From: Oopsacas minuta
Lineage: Eukaryota > Animalia > Porifera
Reading direction: 5' to 3'
NCBI GenBank assembly: GCA_024704765.1
Contig: JAKMXF010000005.1
Span: 87,829-151,828, forward strand
Length of the DNA: 64,000 bases
A program made the position numbers and the translations under genes. Each line of letters begins with the position of its first letter. The stretch's first letter is position 1. This document shows, in pieces, positions 12,964 to 25,420 of the stretch. The notes beneath the pieces were generated by a model. The model searched no databases. It worked only from the letters and a program-made list of their open reading frames with translations, and was not told where the DNA came from.

Positions 12964-15900
12964 ATGGATGCGACAAAGTATGAAGCAATTCGTGGATAAC
13001 TCCAGACGAATATTATCCCACCGGAAATCAAGAGTGATCGCTACAGCAAGAAGAGTTTCTCAGAAAGTGCAAGGGGATTTACTTTCAAGAGAATAAGCTA
13101 ATGAAGGTATAATCCTGAATGATATTTTTGATTTATACTTATTTCCGGGACATAATTAGAAATCTTGAGGTAATTACATATCTGCGAGGAGGCAGATATG
13201 TAGTTGCCTCATTAAATTTGCGTACCACAGGGAGATGAGAAGGGCGAAAACGCTAGGGGGCTCCTCTGCCCCTCAATGCTACCTACAACCTCTGAGTTTA
13301 ACTGAAACAATTTCTTGTAGATTTTCAGAAAGAAAATGGCTGGGTGAAATATTTGGAGATTCCACTAGTCTCAGAAATTAACAAAATTATCGGATTCTAT
13401 CACAATGTCACTCATCCTGGAATCAATACTACCATTGATGGAATCGGAAACAAATATGATTGGAATGGTATAGACAATGATGTTGGATATTATGTGAGTT
13501 ACTAAATTACGTATTTCTTTCATACATGATTTTCCAAGAAAATGTGGCTGAGAACACAGACTTATCAACCCTCCAGGGATCCCAGGATTACAAATTCTGA
13601 AAATCCAGGGATACTTGCGAAAGGGGTTGGTAAGTCTGAGGACAGCATGTATTTTATAGTTTGAGGTTATTCACCTTGTAATTATTCTACTGTATACAGC
13701 TTTATTTGTACTATTGTAAAATTAATATTGTGCGATCTGATGATATTTAGTATACCGGTATACAATTTTATCATATGGAAATCTATTTGTGCGGTACAAC
13801 CAACCAACCATGTATCTAACAACTAATGACCCTTGTGGTAGTTAGTAATTGGGATAGGTAGTGGGAGTATTTCACATAAACATATTTCCCAACCTGAGTG
13901 AAGAAAAAGCGGGACAGAATGCTAATTTAGCGGGACATCTGGAATGTAGCAAACATTAGACTGGACTACAAACTGACAATTAAATCATTTCCCGTCCTAG
14001 ATCCGAACTTGCCATGACTGTCAAACCTCTGCTGCTCTACCTCCTCAGCCACAACGAGGCTTCAACCTATTCCTCCTGAAGAACCATGGTGTCATTGTGG
14101 AATTGATCTCATATGCAATATGTCCCGCACTGTACTTGGATTTCAGCACATTCTTGTCATCGTGTGCTACCTGAGTAAATTTATAATTGCCCGACCACTC
14201 AAGACTAAAACTTCTAAAGAAATATTAGATTGTTTACAGGAAATTTATCTCTCGTTCGGTGTACCTAACATCCTCCAACATGATCAGGGAACAGAATTCT
14301 CAAGCAAGGTAACTCATATTTTTACATACTCAAGATTAGTAATTGTAAATACACCAAGTAAATTATTCCCGATACACAAAACAACTTACTATATTGGATA
14401 TACGTACGTAACATGTTGCATTGTCAATTGTCAGCGCATTGCTTCAATATATACCCTGGTAGGAAATTGTGCACCCTGATGGCTATATTTAAGAACCGTG
14501 TGGAAAATTGGATTTTAATTTATGTTAAATACTAATAAATAAGAATTTCCGAATTAATGCCTACTACCTTCGGATGGAAAATTTACCAGATTAATCGTTT
14601 TATCTTTCTAACTATTGTTGTACAAGACTAAATACATGCGCTTAGTAGATTGTTATCGTTCTCTTAGTTACTTTCAAAATAGGAATTTCAAGAATTTCAC
14701 AAAAAGATAAATGTCAACACCAGAAGAACCACAGCATACCACCCACAAAGTAACTGACTTGTTGAGTCACACAACAGAATATTGAAAACGTGAGTAATGA
14801 TGCTAAGTATAAATATATATATATATATCTATTCAAAGCCTTACATACGTTTAATATACGTCGTTTATAATTAGATAGCTTTGAATTAATTTAACACTTT
14901 TACAAATAGAAAAATCAACAAGATGTAATCTGATGGGGACACTAAATGGACAGAGAAATTACAGACAGCAGTACTGGCAGCAAATACTCAAACCAAAATC
15001 TCTACAAGCTACACACCCTTTTATCTCATGTTTGGGAGAGACTTTGATTCATCTAACCTTCTCAATCTTATCACTTCTCCAACTAACCCCGGATTACTAA
15101 CCGAAGTTGTTATCTCAGAGGCAGAAGTATCAGAAGATGAGAATATTCAAATGGATGCAAACGAACCACGCCCATTTGACTTTCCTATAATTGATAACGA
15201 ATGGATAGAAAATCTTTCTTCCACACGTAAAGCCGACAGGATGACTGCTATTAAAAACATCAAGGCCGGCCAGAAAGTTCAAAAGAAAACATATGACAGC
15301 AAAGTTAAACACAACAGGTAAGAAATAACGAAACACATTCTTGTGTGATGTAACATGTTGGAATTTCATATATCATCTCTTACTAAAATTAAATTAAATT
15401 CACTGACTGTTCTATAATCCGATAAATATGAAATAATCTTGAATCGGAACTAATTTATTGTTTCCTCAATTATATGAATTATTAAATTCCAAAACACTTA
15501 CTTTTAGTTATATCATTAGCATCATTACAAACTGTACGTAATTGGCACATTATAATTCTTTGTATAATTATTGTGTAAACTTTAGATCAGAATTTGTGGA
15601 AGGAGATGAGGTACTTGTGCATAATATAAAGAAAGCCAAGCGACACCCAGGAACAAAAGATGCAAAGAAATATTTGGGGCCATATACGATAGAGAAAGTT
15701 AAACCAAGCCACCTAGTTGCTCGCAAAGATCCAGATAGCAAAACAACAAAATTACCTATCCATCTATCAAGAAAATATCATTCTCGCATGAACGAAAAAC
15801 GGCAGGTTCGAACGAAGACAGGCAAATCAAAGAAGTCCAAAAGATCTTGCAAATTCCCTTCTAGCGGTAAATATATTAGCGAGACAATATTGTACTGAAC

Positions 15901-17268
15901 TATAACTAATTGACTCAGCCCATGATTAAGTACATATAGACTAGTTGTGTTCTGTATTGATTCGATTAATACGTAATAGCAATCCTACATTTCACATATT
16001 TATTTGTATTTAGATTCTTTGGATGATATATTGAACCTGGATACCATGGAAGAAACATTTGAAACACCGCAACAACACTCAACCTATGAAAATATCGACT
16101 CTGAGCTATTTCAATTGAAACCTCGAATACTATCAGCCCTTGTCAATAACACATACTTAACCTAACCACATGAGAAACTCGCTACAAAAGCTGCATCTCT
16201 AACTTCATTGATTTTACTATAGTCTTACCATCCACCCAACGAACAAGATTTTGAGATTAAGGAGAAACTTGCTGTATCAGCCGATAATTGGTACGCAGAA
16301 TATCGTTCCTCCTATCCTACTGAAATACTTGAAGAGACACGAAAAGATCTTGGCTATCCAATTGCTGTTCTATTACCAGTAATAATTGAGTTAATATTCC
16401 CAACTGAGCAAGCTCATGAGATCATTGAAATACCAGAACAATCTATACAAAATGCATCAGATCTTATACATATCCTAAATGGAGGAGAGTATAACAACAT
16501 CGTGCAATCTAACACCTGTTCTATCGACAATATATTGGCTATTCTTAGTTCGAATAAAGCAACCATCATAGACTCACTGAAGTTAATCGGAAGTACACAT
16601 ATTGAAGCTGAATTCCACTACATATTCGAATTGGCTGCTAATTGTGAACTTGAGAAACTTCGAGAATATGTTGCTACTAAAATTGGGCTTGAAGTTATTT
16701 ATGATTCCTCAGGATTGATACGGACTTACGATGTCTTTAGATCAGAGGGTAACATCATCAAATATTTGCGAACAGAAGATTTGTGCAACGACAAATATTT
16801 CACTATCTTCCAATGCCACCAATGCACCAGTATCTTGAGACACAATCCATGATTAGTAATATAGGAGGCGTTATTACAAACCTGGAATCATCTGTTAATC
16901 GAAGTCTCGTTCCTATTAAATGCAAGTCTTGTGGATCAACTACTGCTGTCTTAGAGAGGATATCTGGTCAATTCAAGTCAATACCTGTCATGCTAACAAT
17001 TGAAATCGGACATCTACCCGAATTGCCAGACATTTTTGCAAGTGATATTGACAAACACTTTACCATCAGTCACAACCAACGGACACTTCACTACCAACTT
17101 GCTGGCTTAAGCATATTGAGTAATAGACACTTCTATTCAATCCTTTACCAAAACGGGCAATTCTATAAATATGACGGAATGAGAAAACCAATTATCCAAC
17201 TTTGGGACTGTGACACTTTCATCGGATCACTCAATACTGTATTCTACCTCTTGCACTCTTCTGACTAA
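12964..17268 (+). pseudogene. Ginger transposase: H2C2 zinc finger, D,D(35)E core, GPY module, USP/C19-like C-terminal domain; several stops and frameshifts
   Basis: Hand-spliced GT-AG exons: 12964-13106, 13321-13493, 14001-14308, 14683-14789, 14910-15317, 15586-15866, 16014-17268. Motifs: YHNVTHPG/IRTCHDCQ, GIDL, QHDQG..35 aa..LVE, TPFYLMFGR, YLGPY, SNTCSIDN, NRHF..YKYDG. Confidence 0.85.
13557..13638. mobile_element. 82-bp miniature inverted-repeat element in Ginger intron 2 (mirror copy 8202-8283)
   Basis: CAGACTTATCAACCC...GGGTTGGTAAGTCTG; no clear TSD. Confidence 0.4.
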
Positions 17269-18583
17269 TTCTTAGCGATTCACGACTCTTTTCCATCATT
17301 CGAAAGCGCTCAAAGGCAAGGTACATCGAACCTTGTGGGGACCTCTGCCCGAGGTTATTCAGGCAACGCAATCCCTATAATGGTGAGCCCAAACAATGGA
17401 AACGCGACCTGCAACAGCACATCCACAGTGGCGAATATCACACTCCACCATCTAAGTATATTGCGAGAAAGATAGCGCAACTGACGAGTCTACACCAATG
17501 CGAAATACAGCATGGAATCTGATACACACGAGTTTCTTATCTATTTTATATTTTTAATGTTTCCTTGTTTGTGATCATTCGGGAACCGTTAGCTCCTCGT
17601 GTGTCTGTTAAATTACGATTTATTGTACATATTCGTTTATGTTGCAGCTTAGAATTGAATTTGGTGTGATCTGGCGCCATCACATCAAACTCACTCCTAC
17701 ACCGCACACATAAACAAGGTGAGGTTAACGTTAAACGTTTAGCGTTAGAGGGTGGCTGTAAGGGGAAGGACGAGGCCACTGCAGCTGACTTGTTTTGTTT
17801 ATAGAAATCTAGTGTTTTCCAGGAAGTATGCAGCGTGCCAGAGGCTCGCGGTTTTCACCTCAACTCGATATGTGAATCAACGTTATACCAAGACTCCCAT
17901 AACAAATGCATAGTCTACGCTTGTCCAATAGATGAACAAATTTCAGTGGTATATTCCTTAAAGCTTGTCAGGAAGTATAGAGAAATGGGCAAAGATGAAA
18001 TCGCCTACAATTCGTACTTAAGATATTCCGAATATTCATTATCATGCTAATGCTTGTAAAAATTTTGTTATTTGATAGATTATATTGCAATATATAGATT
18101 GAAATGTTAAATTATATTATTTATTATGAGTTATTAAATACAATTATCAAATATCTACCACCTTCTGTCAAAATAACATTATTATAAAATTTTTATATAC
18201 ACTGTCCATTTTTGGCAATTATACATATTGTAAATTTGTTATACGTACTGGGAATATAGTTTACATGCTATCAAATAAATTCACTACTTTCTAGAATCCA
18301 ACTCTATATTGACTTGTTTATTCAGTTGCGTATACGTATAAGTATAGCAAGTCTAAAATTGAACTACACCACGTACATTTAGTGGTAATACGTAATGAAA
18401 GTGTATGGAATTCGAAATGTCAAATGACAAAGAAGTAAGATTATTTTAGAGTAAAAATCCAGCGACAATAATACGTTTTGATGCGAGTCATAATCCTAAG
18501 CAAATATTACATCGTAGGATTTTGACCTGCACCATGGATATGCTATTGGGATTTTGTATTGCGGGTCAAAATCCTACGCAACA

Positions 18584-19373
18584 GACCTCAATTTATCAAA
18601 TGGTCAACTACATAACATCTGCCAATTTATGAAACGCAAAGGGCTGCGCACGCCAAATACTCGAATTACGCAAGTCTTGAAAAAAACAGAACGTAATTGA
18701 TCTTTTCGAATCAGCTATCGTCGAACTTGAAGACAACAATGGTGACAAATCTCCAACTAAAGTGGTCTATTGTAACAACATTTCTCAGCTTTTGAAACGA
18801 GTGAAAGAACTTCGTCGAAATCTTCTTCAACTAAATTGTTATTGTATCGATCACGGCAAGGATTGGTTGAAAGTTGTTCTCAGTCCTATACACGGTCTTC
18901 AATATGTTGATAGCGTTAAGGGTGCTTTACTAGTTGCAGTAGTGAACTGTATCGAGACGCCTTTTAACATTCAACAGATTATTGGACCTATAGATGTAAC
19001 CCTAGAGCATCATACTAATGTTGTACCGTGTGATTTAAAGGTCTTATGTCAAATTCTAGGAATCAAAGGCGGAAATGCTTGTCATCTTTATCCATACTGT
19101 CTGTATAACAGAGTGGTGAACATGGAATTATGCGAACTGGTAGCCATTTTTGATGAAATATATACAAAATTCAAAGAATTGTATAAATGCGCTCCGCAGT
19201 TCGCTAAAGAATGCGGTGGAATTTACAGACCCAGAATTTATCCAACTTTGAGAATCCATTACATTCCTTTCCTATCCCTACTGTACATGGTATTCTTAGT
19301 CTTAGCGAAAAATTATTGGACAAAATACCTATGAAGCTCTTGGGAAAAGTGGAATATACAAAGTTTGAAGATC
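18584..19373 (+). pseudogene. CMC/Chapaev-like transposase relic, middle part (5' part missing)
   Basis: Coding starts right at the Ginger end (DLNLSNGQL..), then IDHGKDWLKV and CDLKVLCQILG..CHLYPYC. Continues after the Transib insertion. Confidence 0.6.
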
Positions 19374-22366
19374 CACAGTGGCACGGAATGTGGAAATAGG
19401 TGAAAATATTATAACCTCAAATTGCTTTATAATGTTGATATTTGAATTCAGCACCCCCACAAACCTCGGAAAACATTTGACATCTCTATAATAGACTTTC
19501 CATTTAGCTCCCACATCTATTCCAATGAGAGCATAATTGAAATTCGAAAGATTGATTTATGGTTTCAATTTTTGGTCGTGATGTAATTTTGAATAATTTG
19601 GATTCTCCACGTCAAATAACTGCTATTTATAGTATACCAATCGAAAACTCTTATGTCGCTGAATAGTAAATCACGTTAATCTTGGCTCCAATGAACAGAT
19701 GGAATTTACTATTCTCATTTTAAACAAGCTTGTTCGTACAAGTGCAATAAATAGAAACAGGTTTCATTAAAACTCTAGTACTCTTTTTGCCTTCACTTGC
19801 GGAACTTTCCATTACACTTTCCTAATAGCTCTTTTCGTCTTCAACAAAATACACACTAAATTAAGGTGTCAGGAAGTGTCAAGGATATTTTTTTGCGATT
19901 TTAAATGTAATCCATTCACAATTATCTAATTTTTGGCCCATATAAATCATAGATAATTGTTGTGGTTGTTTATTAGCACATTTTTCATTATGAATAACGA
20001 AGATGCATACACGTTCTTAACTGCACAAAAGAACAAAACAATCACTTCTCTCGCGTCCTTGTTTATTGTCCTCAATAATTTGGAAGAAACAGAGCATGAT
20101 ACAGTTCGGAGAAAATTTTCGACCCTCAGAGAAGATAGGAGAGAATACCTGAAACGAGCCGATATAACTACTTGGAATTCAATACCTTTTCACACACCAC
20201 TTAAACACCCGAGATTAAGTACAGGTTATCAATGCTCAGATGAAGTCATGGTAATTGGGAGTGTTTCTTCTAGCCAATCAACCTCTGTTTTCGAAGAAGA
20301 TTTTAGTAAGCCCACCCGTAAGCCTCTGAGGGAATTATCAACTAAAGGTTTTCGCAACCGATTGTCCTCTTTATTAACACATCTTGAAAAAGTTGTTGTA
20401 CAAGAGAATGTTTCCAGTCAAGAACTATCCTGTTACCTGATGATGCTATGTTCACAGACTGAATACGACTTTACTACTACCAAGTTCTGTAAAGAAATTA
20501 TTGCTAAGGGAAGCTTCGGTCAAATCTGTAATAAACTAACCTGCGATAAAGCTGCGTTCTTGATGGATTCTTTAGAAATTGGAAAGAAGAAATACATCGA
20601 TTTAAGATGTTTATTGCTTTCAGATGTCAGCTTCCAGGTTACAATCGATTAGCTACCCATCGATCTCAAATTTGCTTGACTAATGACATCTTTTCAGTTG
20701 ATCGAGAACATCAGGTAGGCATTGCTGTATCTTACAAAAAGCTTCTGACTCATACAGTAAACAGAATATTGACTGCTTCTGCCAATGAAATTCCAAGCGC
20801 CAGCAATCCTAAAAAGATTCGAATTTCAGATGGACTTGACGGTTCTGGCTCTCACCCAGTTTATCAGCAGGCGACTCACTCCAATATATCAACAAAAAGT
20901 TTTATTTTATTCGGGTTTAAGGTGATTTCCATATCCGACATCGATAACAAACAGATTTGGAAAAACCCTCTACCAAATTCTCCTTTCTCAATTAGACCAG
21001 TTGCGATACTAGCTCTACAGGAGAACGAAGACAATATTCGATATCTTATGGATACACTAATCAATAAGGAGTCCACAGAGATAACGGAGAAGGGTTTAGA
21101 ACTAACAAGCGGATTTTGTGAAGTTGAAATTCAACGTTCATAATTGGATGGCAAAATGGCTAAGATTATTAGTGGAGCTGGGGGGTGCATGTTGCCAGTT
21201 GCACAGCGACATTCAAACAAATCCATAATCCGGATATCGTAAAAGACGGTTTTCCAATTAATCGATCCATCACAGACCTCAAAGTATTATTTGATGAAGT
21301 TAACGAAGAGGAGTTTCTATCATTATCTTCTGTCAACAGATTCAACGTTACACACAGACCAATATCTGACTTAGAAATCATACCCAGTTCGCCTTTGCAT
21401 GCATATCTCCGATGTTTTGGCTGGTTTTTACATCTAATTAACCATTTGCTCGCAGGAGTATGTAAGTGGTCACCAACTTCTAAGAGAGTCTCAGATGCTA
21501 AAACTTTCGTTACAAGTTTAATTAAAGACAATCTCAATATTATCATTGACACCCCTTCAACACAAGGTGGCACAACGACTACTGGTAATGTGGTAAGACA
21601 ATGCTTGATAAGAAAGGATGGCAACGATCATGATTTCCTCTACCGGGTTTTGACAGTGATCCCGCCTGAGTTCAAGTCCCACATAATTGAAATTCACACA
21701 TGCCTAGGAGCAATCCTACGCGTCTATAATAGCAGCAGAAGAGTGGATACAGAAGAACTAGCGCTTGTTTACAGTAATATCTACCAGTCAATTCTCTGTG
21801 CATTTCCTTGGGCTAATGTTCCCCCGACGTTACACAAACTGTTAGCATATGCACCGGAAATCATCTCAACGTTTAATGATGGACATGGGCTAGAGAACTT
21901 ATCTGAAGAAGGACTAGAGGCTTCTAACAAATATATTCGGAGATACAGAGATCGTCTTGCTCGCAAGTTTTCATTTGAAAAAATTTTAAGGATGTATTTG
22001 TTCGATTGATTTCTCACAGTGATCCCATGCTGTTAATGAATCCCAAGTATTCTATTCCAAAGCCTCCATCTATCCAAGGACTTAGAAGTGGCCAAGATAT
22101 TTAGTTAACACCCTTAATCGTGATCAAGAAGATCATAATGATGATTAAAAGTAAACCTCTCAATCGATTAATAGAAAATTTGGGGAATTTTCACACCTCA
22201 GATAGGTGACAATGACGTCATAACTTTGTCACCTGAAGGGATAGAGAAAAATGAGTACACCATTCGATTTGTTGGGATCGAAAACCTAAATGACAATAAT
22301 ACATTTTGAGGACCTATGTGCCATCAAAATGCCTATTTCCACATCTGACCATTTCGTGCCACTGTG
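19374..22366 (+). mobile_element. Transib (RAG1-like) element, full length
   Basis: CACAGTGGCACGGAATG at 19374 and CATTTCGTGCCACTGTG ending at 22366; interrupts the CMC-like ORF; flanks do not give a clean 5-bp TSD. Confidence 0.88.
19990..22060 (+). pseudogene. Transib/RAG1-core-like transposase with frameshifts and stops
   Basis: SDGLDGSG, NPLPNSPFSIRP, LDGKM, SSPLHAYLR, TTTGNVVR, TLHKLLA, SEEGLEASNKYIRRYRDRLARK match RAG1/Transib core motifs. Confidence 0.85.
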
Positions 22367-22990
22367 AAGAGGGTTCATCATTCCATTAGTAGGTCCAAGA
22401 CAACAATATCATGGAGGATCATATACTGGTAACAAATCCGAAAAGCTCATTGACAGTTTTAATCAAATAGATCTTGGTAATTTCCCTCCCTTGAACCTCT
22501 AATACCTGTATTAGAGTCGGCAAGTAACCTAATCCACAAAGTGTTTGGTATAATACTCCTTGAAGGTTGGCAGAATGGCATACATGAGTTTCGTAATTCC
22601 TATGTCGAAATGCAACGAAAATGTGTTCAGATTCTGAATAAATCTGGTTTTGGCGATTGTGAAATTGGTACTGATCGGAAATTGGAAGAGATGCACTTGC
22701 ATCCTACGAGATCAGCTTCTAGAAAGCTTTTCAATATCAGGCATAATTTAACACCTAGTACAAAACTTCATATACTGCTCGACCATCTAGAAGAATTCTT
22801 ATTACTTGAATAGAGATCGTCCAGATTCTCAACCACTAGATTTGGGATATTTCGCAGAATCATACTTGAATCGTCTCATCACACATTGAAGGATCATTTA
22901 CCCGATACAACGGTGTTAACAAACTCTTAAGAAGTGTAGTGGAGTTTATTGCCCAGAGTATTGGATATTTGAGAGAAAACATAGAGAAAG
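22367..22990 (+). pseudogene. CMC/Chapaev-like transposase relic, C-terminal part
   Basis: QYHGGSYTGN, TKLHILLDHLEEF, ILESSHH. Confidence 0.6.
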
Positions 22991-24688
22991 ATAGCATCGC
23001 AGTATACTAAGAAGTTTAGTATATTACATTTTGAAAATTAGTATGTAGAATATTCATATAGTAATTGAGTAATTATTCAATGTGTATGTGTATTAGAAAC
23101 TTGAAGTTCCATAATATTAGTGTAAAATAATTTTAAATGAGGAGTTGAAGAAAATTGTTGATTTCTAAAAAGGTGACCAAAAATTACTCTGTCCGACATT
23201 CACAGAATATCTACCATATTTCATCAACCAACGTTCACAATGTTCAGAATCTTGTGTGCCCCCTAAATCCATCTAGTTGTGTGATAGAAAGTGATTTGTG
23301 CGACTTCTACACTAGTGAAATCCATAATATACTCATGTCTTGTGTCGAATGAAACACTTGTACTGTTGTCGATAAAAATCAGGGGAATCACAATATACTT
23401 ATACAATATTCCAATCAAACAGAGTTATAGCTAAATATTAGAGTAGGTATTGGGTAATCGCACTGAAAAATAGACCGATGACAGAGTTTTAGCATATAAA
23501 TAACAAATAACGAAAACATACAGTATTCTACCTCCAGACAGAGGGAGGGGCATAACTCATGAAAATGATTTAAACCCACTGATGAAACTTTTTTCCTATT
23601 GCACCAATATATATACAATCCAAAATTAGCACATTTTATTGGTGTCTCTCCAAAGGATTTAAACTCAATTTTTCAAGTGGTGAGATCGAAACTCTATAGA
23701 CGCTTGACAAATTGTGTGTTACGATTAAGAATTAGCAACTTACACAAACACAACTTCACATATCACAACCTACTGTGTCGCAGGGGGAGAGACTCGCCAA
23801 TTCAAATTCATCTCACATATGGTGATTTATTCAACACACCTTCATCCTCTCATTATACCCCAATGACACAGTATTTCCCTAAGATAGAAGAATTCAATAG
23901 TACAAGAAGTGAATTTCAAGTAATTAGATTCAATGGTTGTGTTGAGTAATATTTATATTAATGGAAAATATCTCTAGATTTGATAGCAAGATAAAAATAA
24001 CAAATTGAACGGATAGACTATTTAGAACAACAGTTACTACAGTTACGTTGCAGGTAGGACAAACTTTTAAGATTCTTAAAACAAGTAAAACATGTGTGTA
24101 TGTGTGTGCATTTGGAGTGTACTATCATAGTATCTATATATTTGGAGTGTATATAAATAAGGAAATTATAAACTATACCTTTCTTTCAATTTGATTACCT
24201 AAAGGGAGTAGCGATGCACAAATGCTATATTGATCAGCCAATATTGGATCATTTTAGTAGGGGGTTTATGTTAATAAGGCGCAAATGGTCCATTAAATCA
24301 ACATTAACATAAATTACTGAATTCTTTAATTAATGAACTTGTATGGTACATTCCAAGTCTACATGGAAGTAACTTAATAGGGAATATATTAAGTACATTT
24401 TCCCGATATATCAATACTTTGATCTTCACTGGTATAAATACTTAACTTTGGAACTATTTAGAAATAAATTCTAATCAACAACCTACAACTACAGGGTCGC
24501 AAACCTGTGCGTGGTGACCCTGGCCACCCTTTTTAACCAATTTGCTCCGAACTTATGAGAACATTGTAATAGTAAGTACACATTGTAATTACAATCTATA
24601 TAATTACCCGTTCACCCTTTATCTCAATTTAGTGCGAAAATGGGAGTCGTAGAAGGAGGCAGTGGCAACTACAGCGACGCTGCAGGAG

Positions 24689-24711
24689 ACAACAACAACA
24701 ACAACAACAAC
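24689..24711. repeat. (CAA)n microsatellite
   Basis: About 7 perfect ACA/CAA units. Confidence 0.9.
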
Positions 24712-25420
24712 CCATGTGACGCGTCTGTATCTGTGTCTGTGTCTGTCGTATTTCGTATTTTGTTTAGTCTGTGTTGTAATTATCGTATAGAAATTAAATA
24801 TATCTTACTTAGAATCAATTAAACAGCTTAATTGTAGAAAATTAGGGTAATAAGGAATGAATCTAACACTTAACTGTTGAGGTTGTAGTATAAAGTTAAA
24901 GAGGGTCTTGGGAGCACGCTCCCAATAAATCCCAGTCAAATATTCATAATGTCAACATTAGTAATCTAAACTCCATGGGAACCAGGAAATGTCAACTTTC
25001 TGGGCTAATTGCAAATCAAACGTTATTTCTTGCGATGGCTTGCGCTCCTGGACCTTACAGAAAGTTTACTGCCCCCATTGACCTGCATCCAGAACTACTT
25101 GCACACCAGATTGAATTTGACCCGACAAAGTCAGAAATTTGAAAATTCTCATAGATTAGTGGATATTTTTAGAATATGACTACACACATTCGTGAATATG
25201 AAGTTTGAATAAAGATTTTGGTAGTAGATGAGCATTACTATATGCATACCATCAGTGGCATCGTGTAGCCTTACAGTAATTACATAGTAAAAATTTTCAT
25301 AGATTCATTAATATATACGCCACATATATATTTAGCCCTTGAACCAGAGCGATCATGATCTTTGCAAGTTTGAGGATGGCCTTTGAAGAGTCTAAAGGTT
25401 CAATTCATATACGTATGTAT

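Larger units (their letters stand above)
12267..18153 (-). repeat. Right arm of giant inverted repeat (5887 bp)
   Basis: Reverse complement of 3687-9573. Confidence 0.95.
12765..18583 (+). mobile_element. Ginger transposon, chimeric right copy
   Basis: TGTT start at 12765, AACA end at 18583. Flanks GCTC/GACC do not form a TSD. 18154-18583 is diverged from, and shorter than, the matching end of copy A (3176-3686). Confidence 0.88.

Noticed and set aside
12964-17268. Gypsy LTR retrotransposon or retrovirus
   Set aside because: No RT, RNase H, gag or LTRs. It has TIRs, a 4-bp TSD and six introns, which fits Ginger.
19374-22366. Complete ProtoRAG (RAG1+RAG2) or true RSS
   Set aside because: No room or ORF for a kelch-type RAG2-like gene, and no ACAAAAACC-like nonamer at 12/23 spacing.
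23155-23949. Second gene of the CMC-like element
   Set aside because: Fragments look decayed and have no recognisable motif; element end not found.
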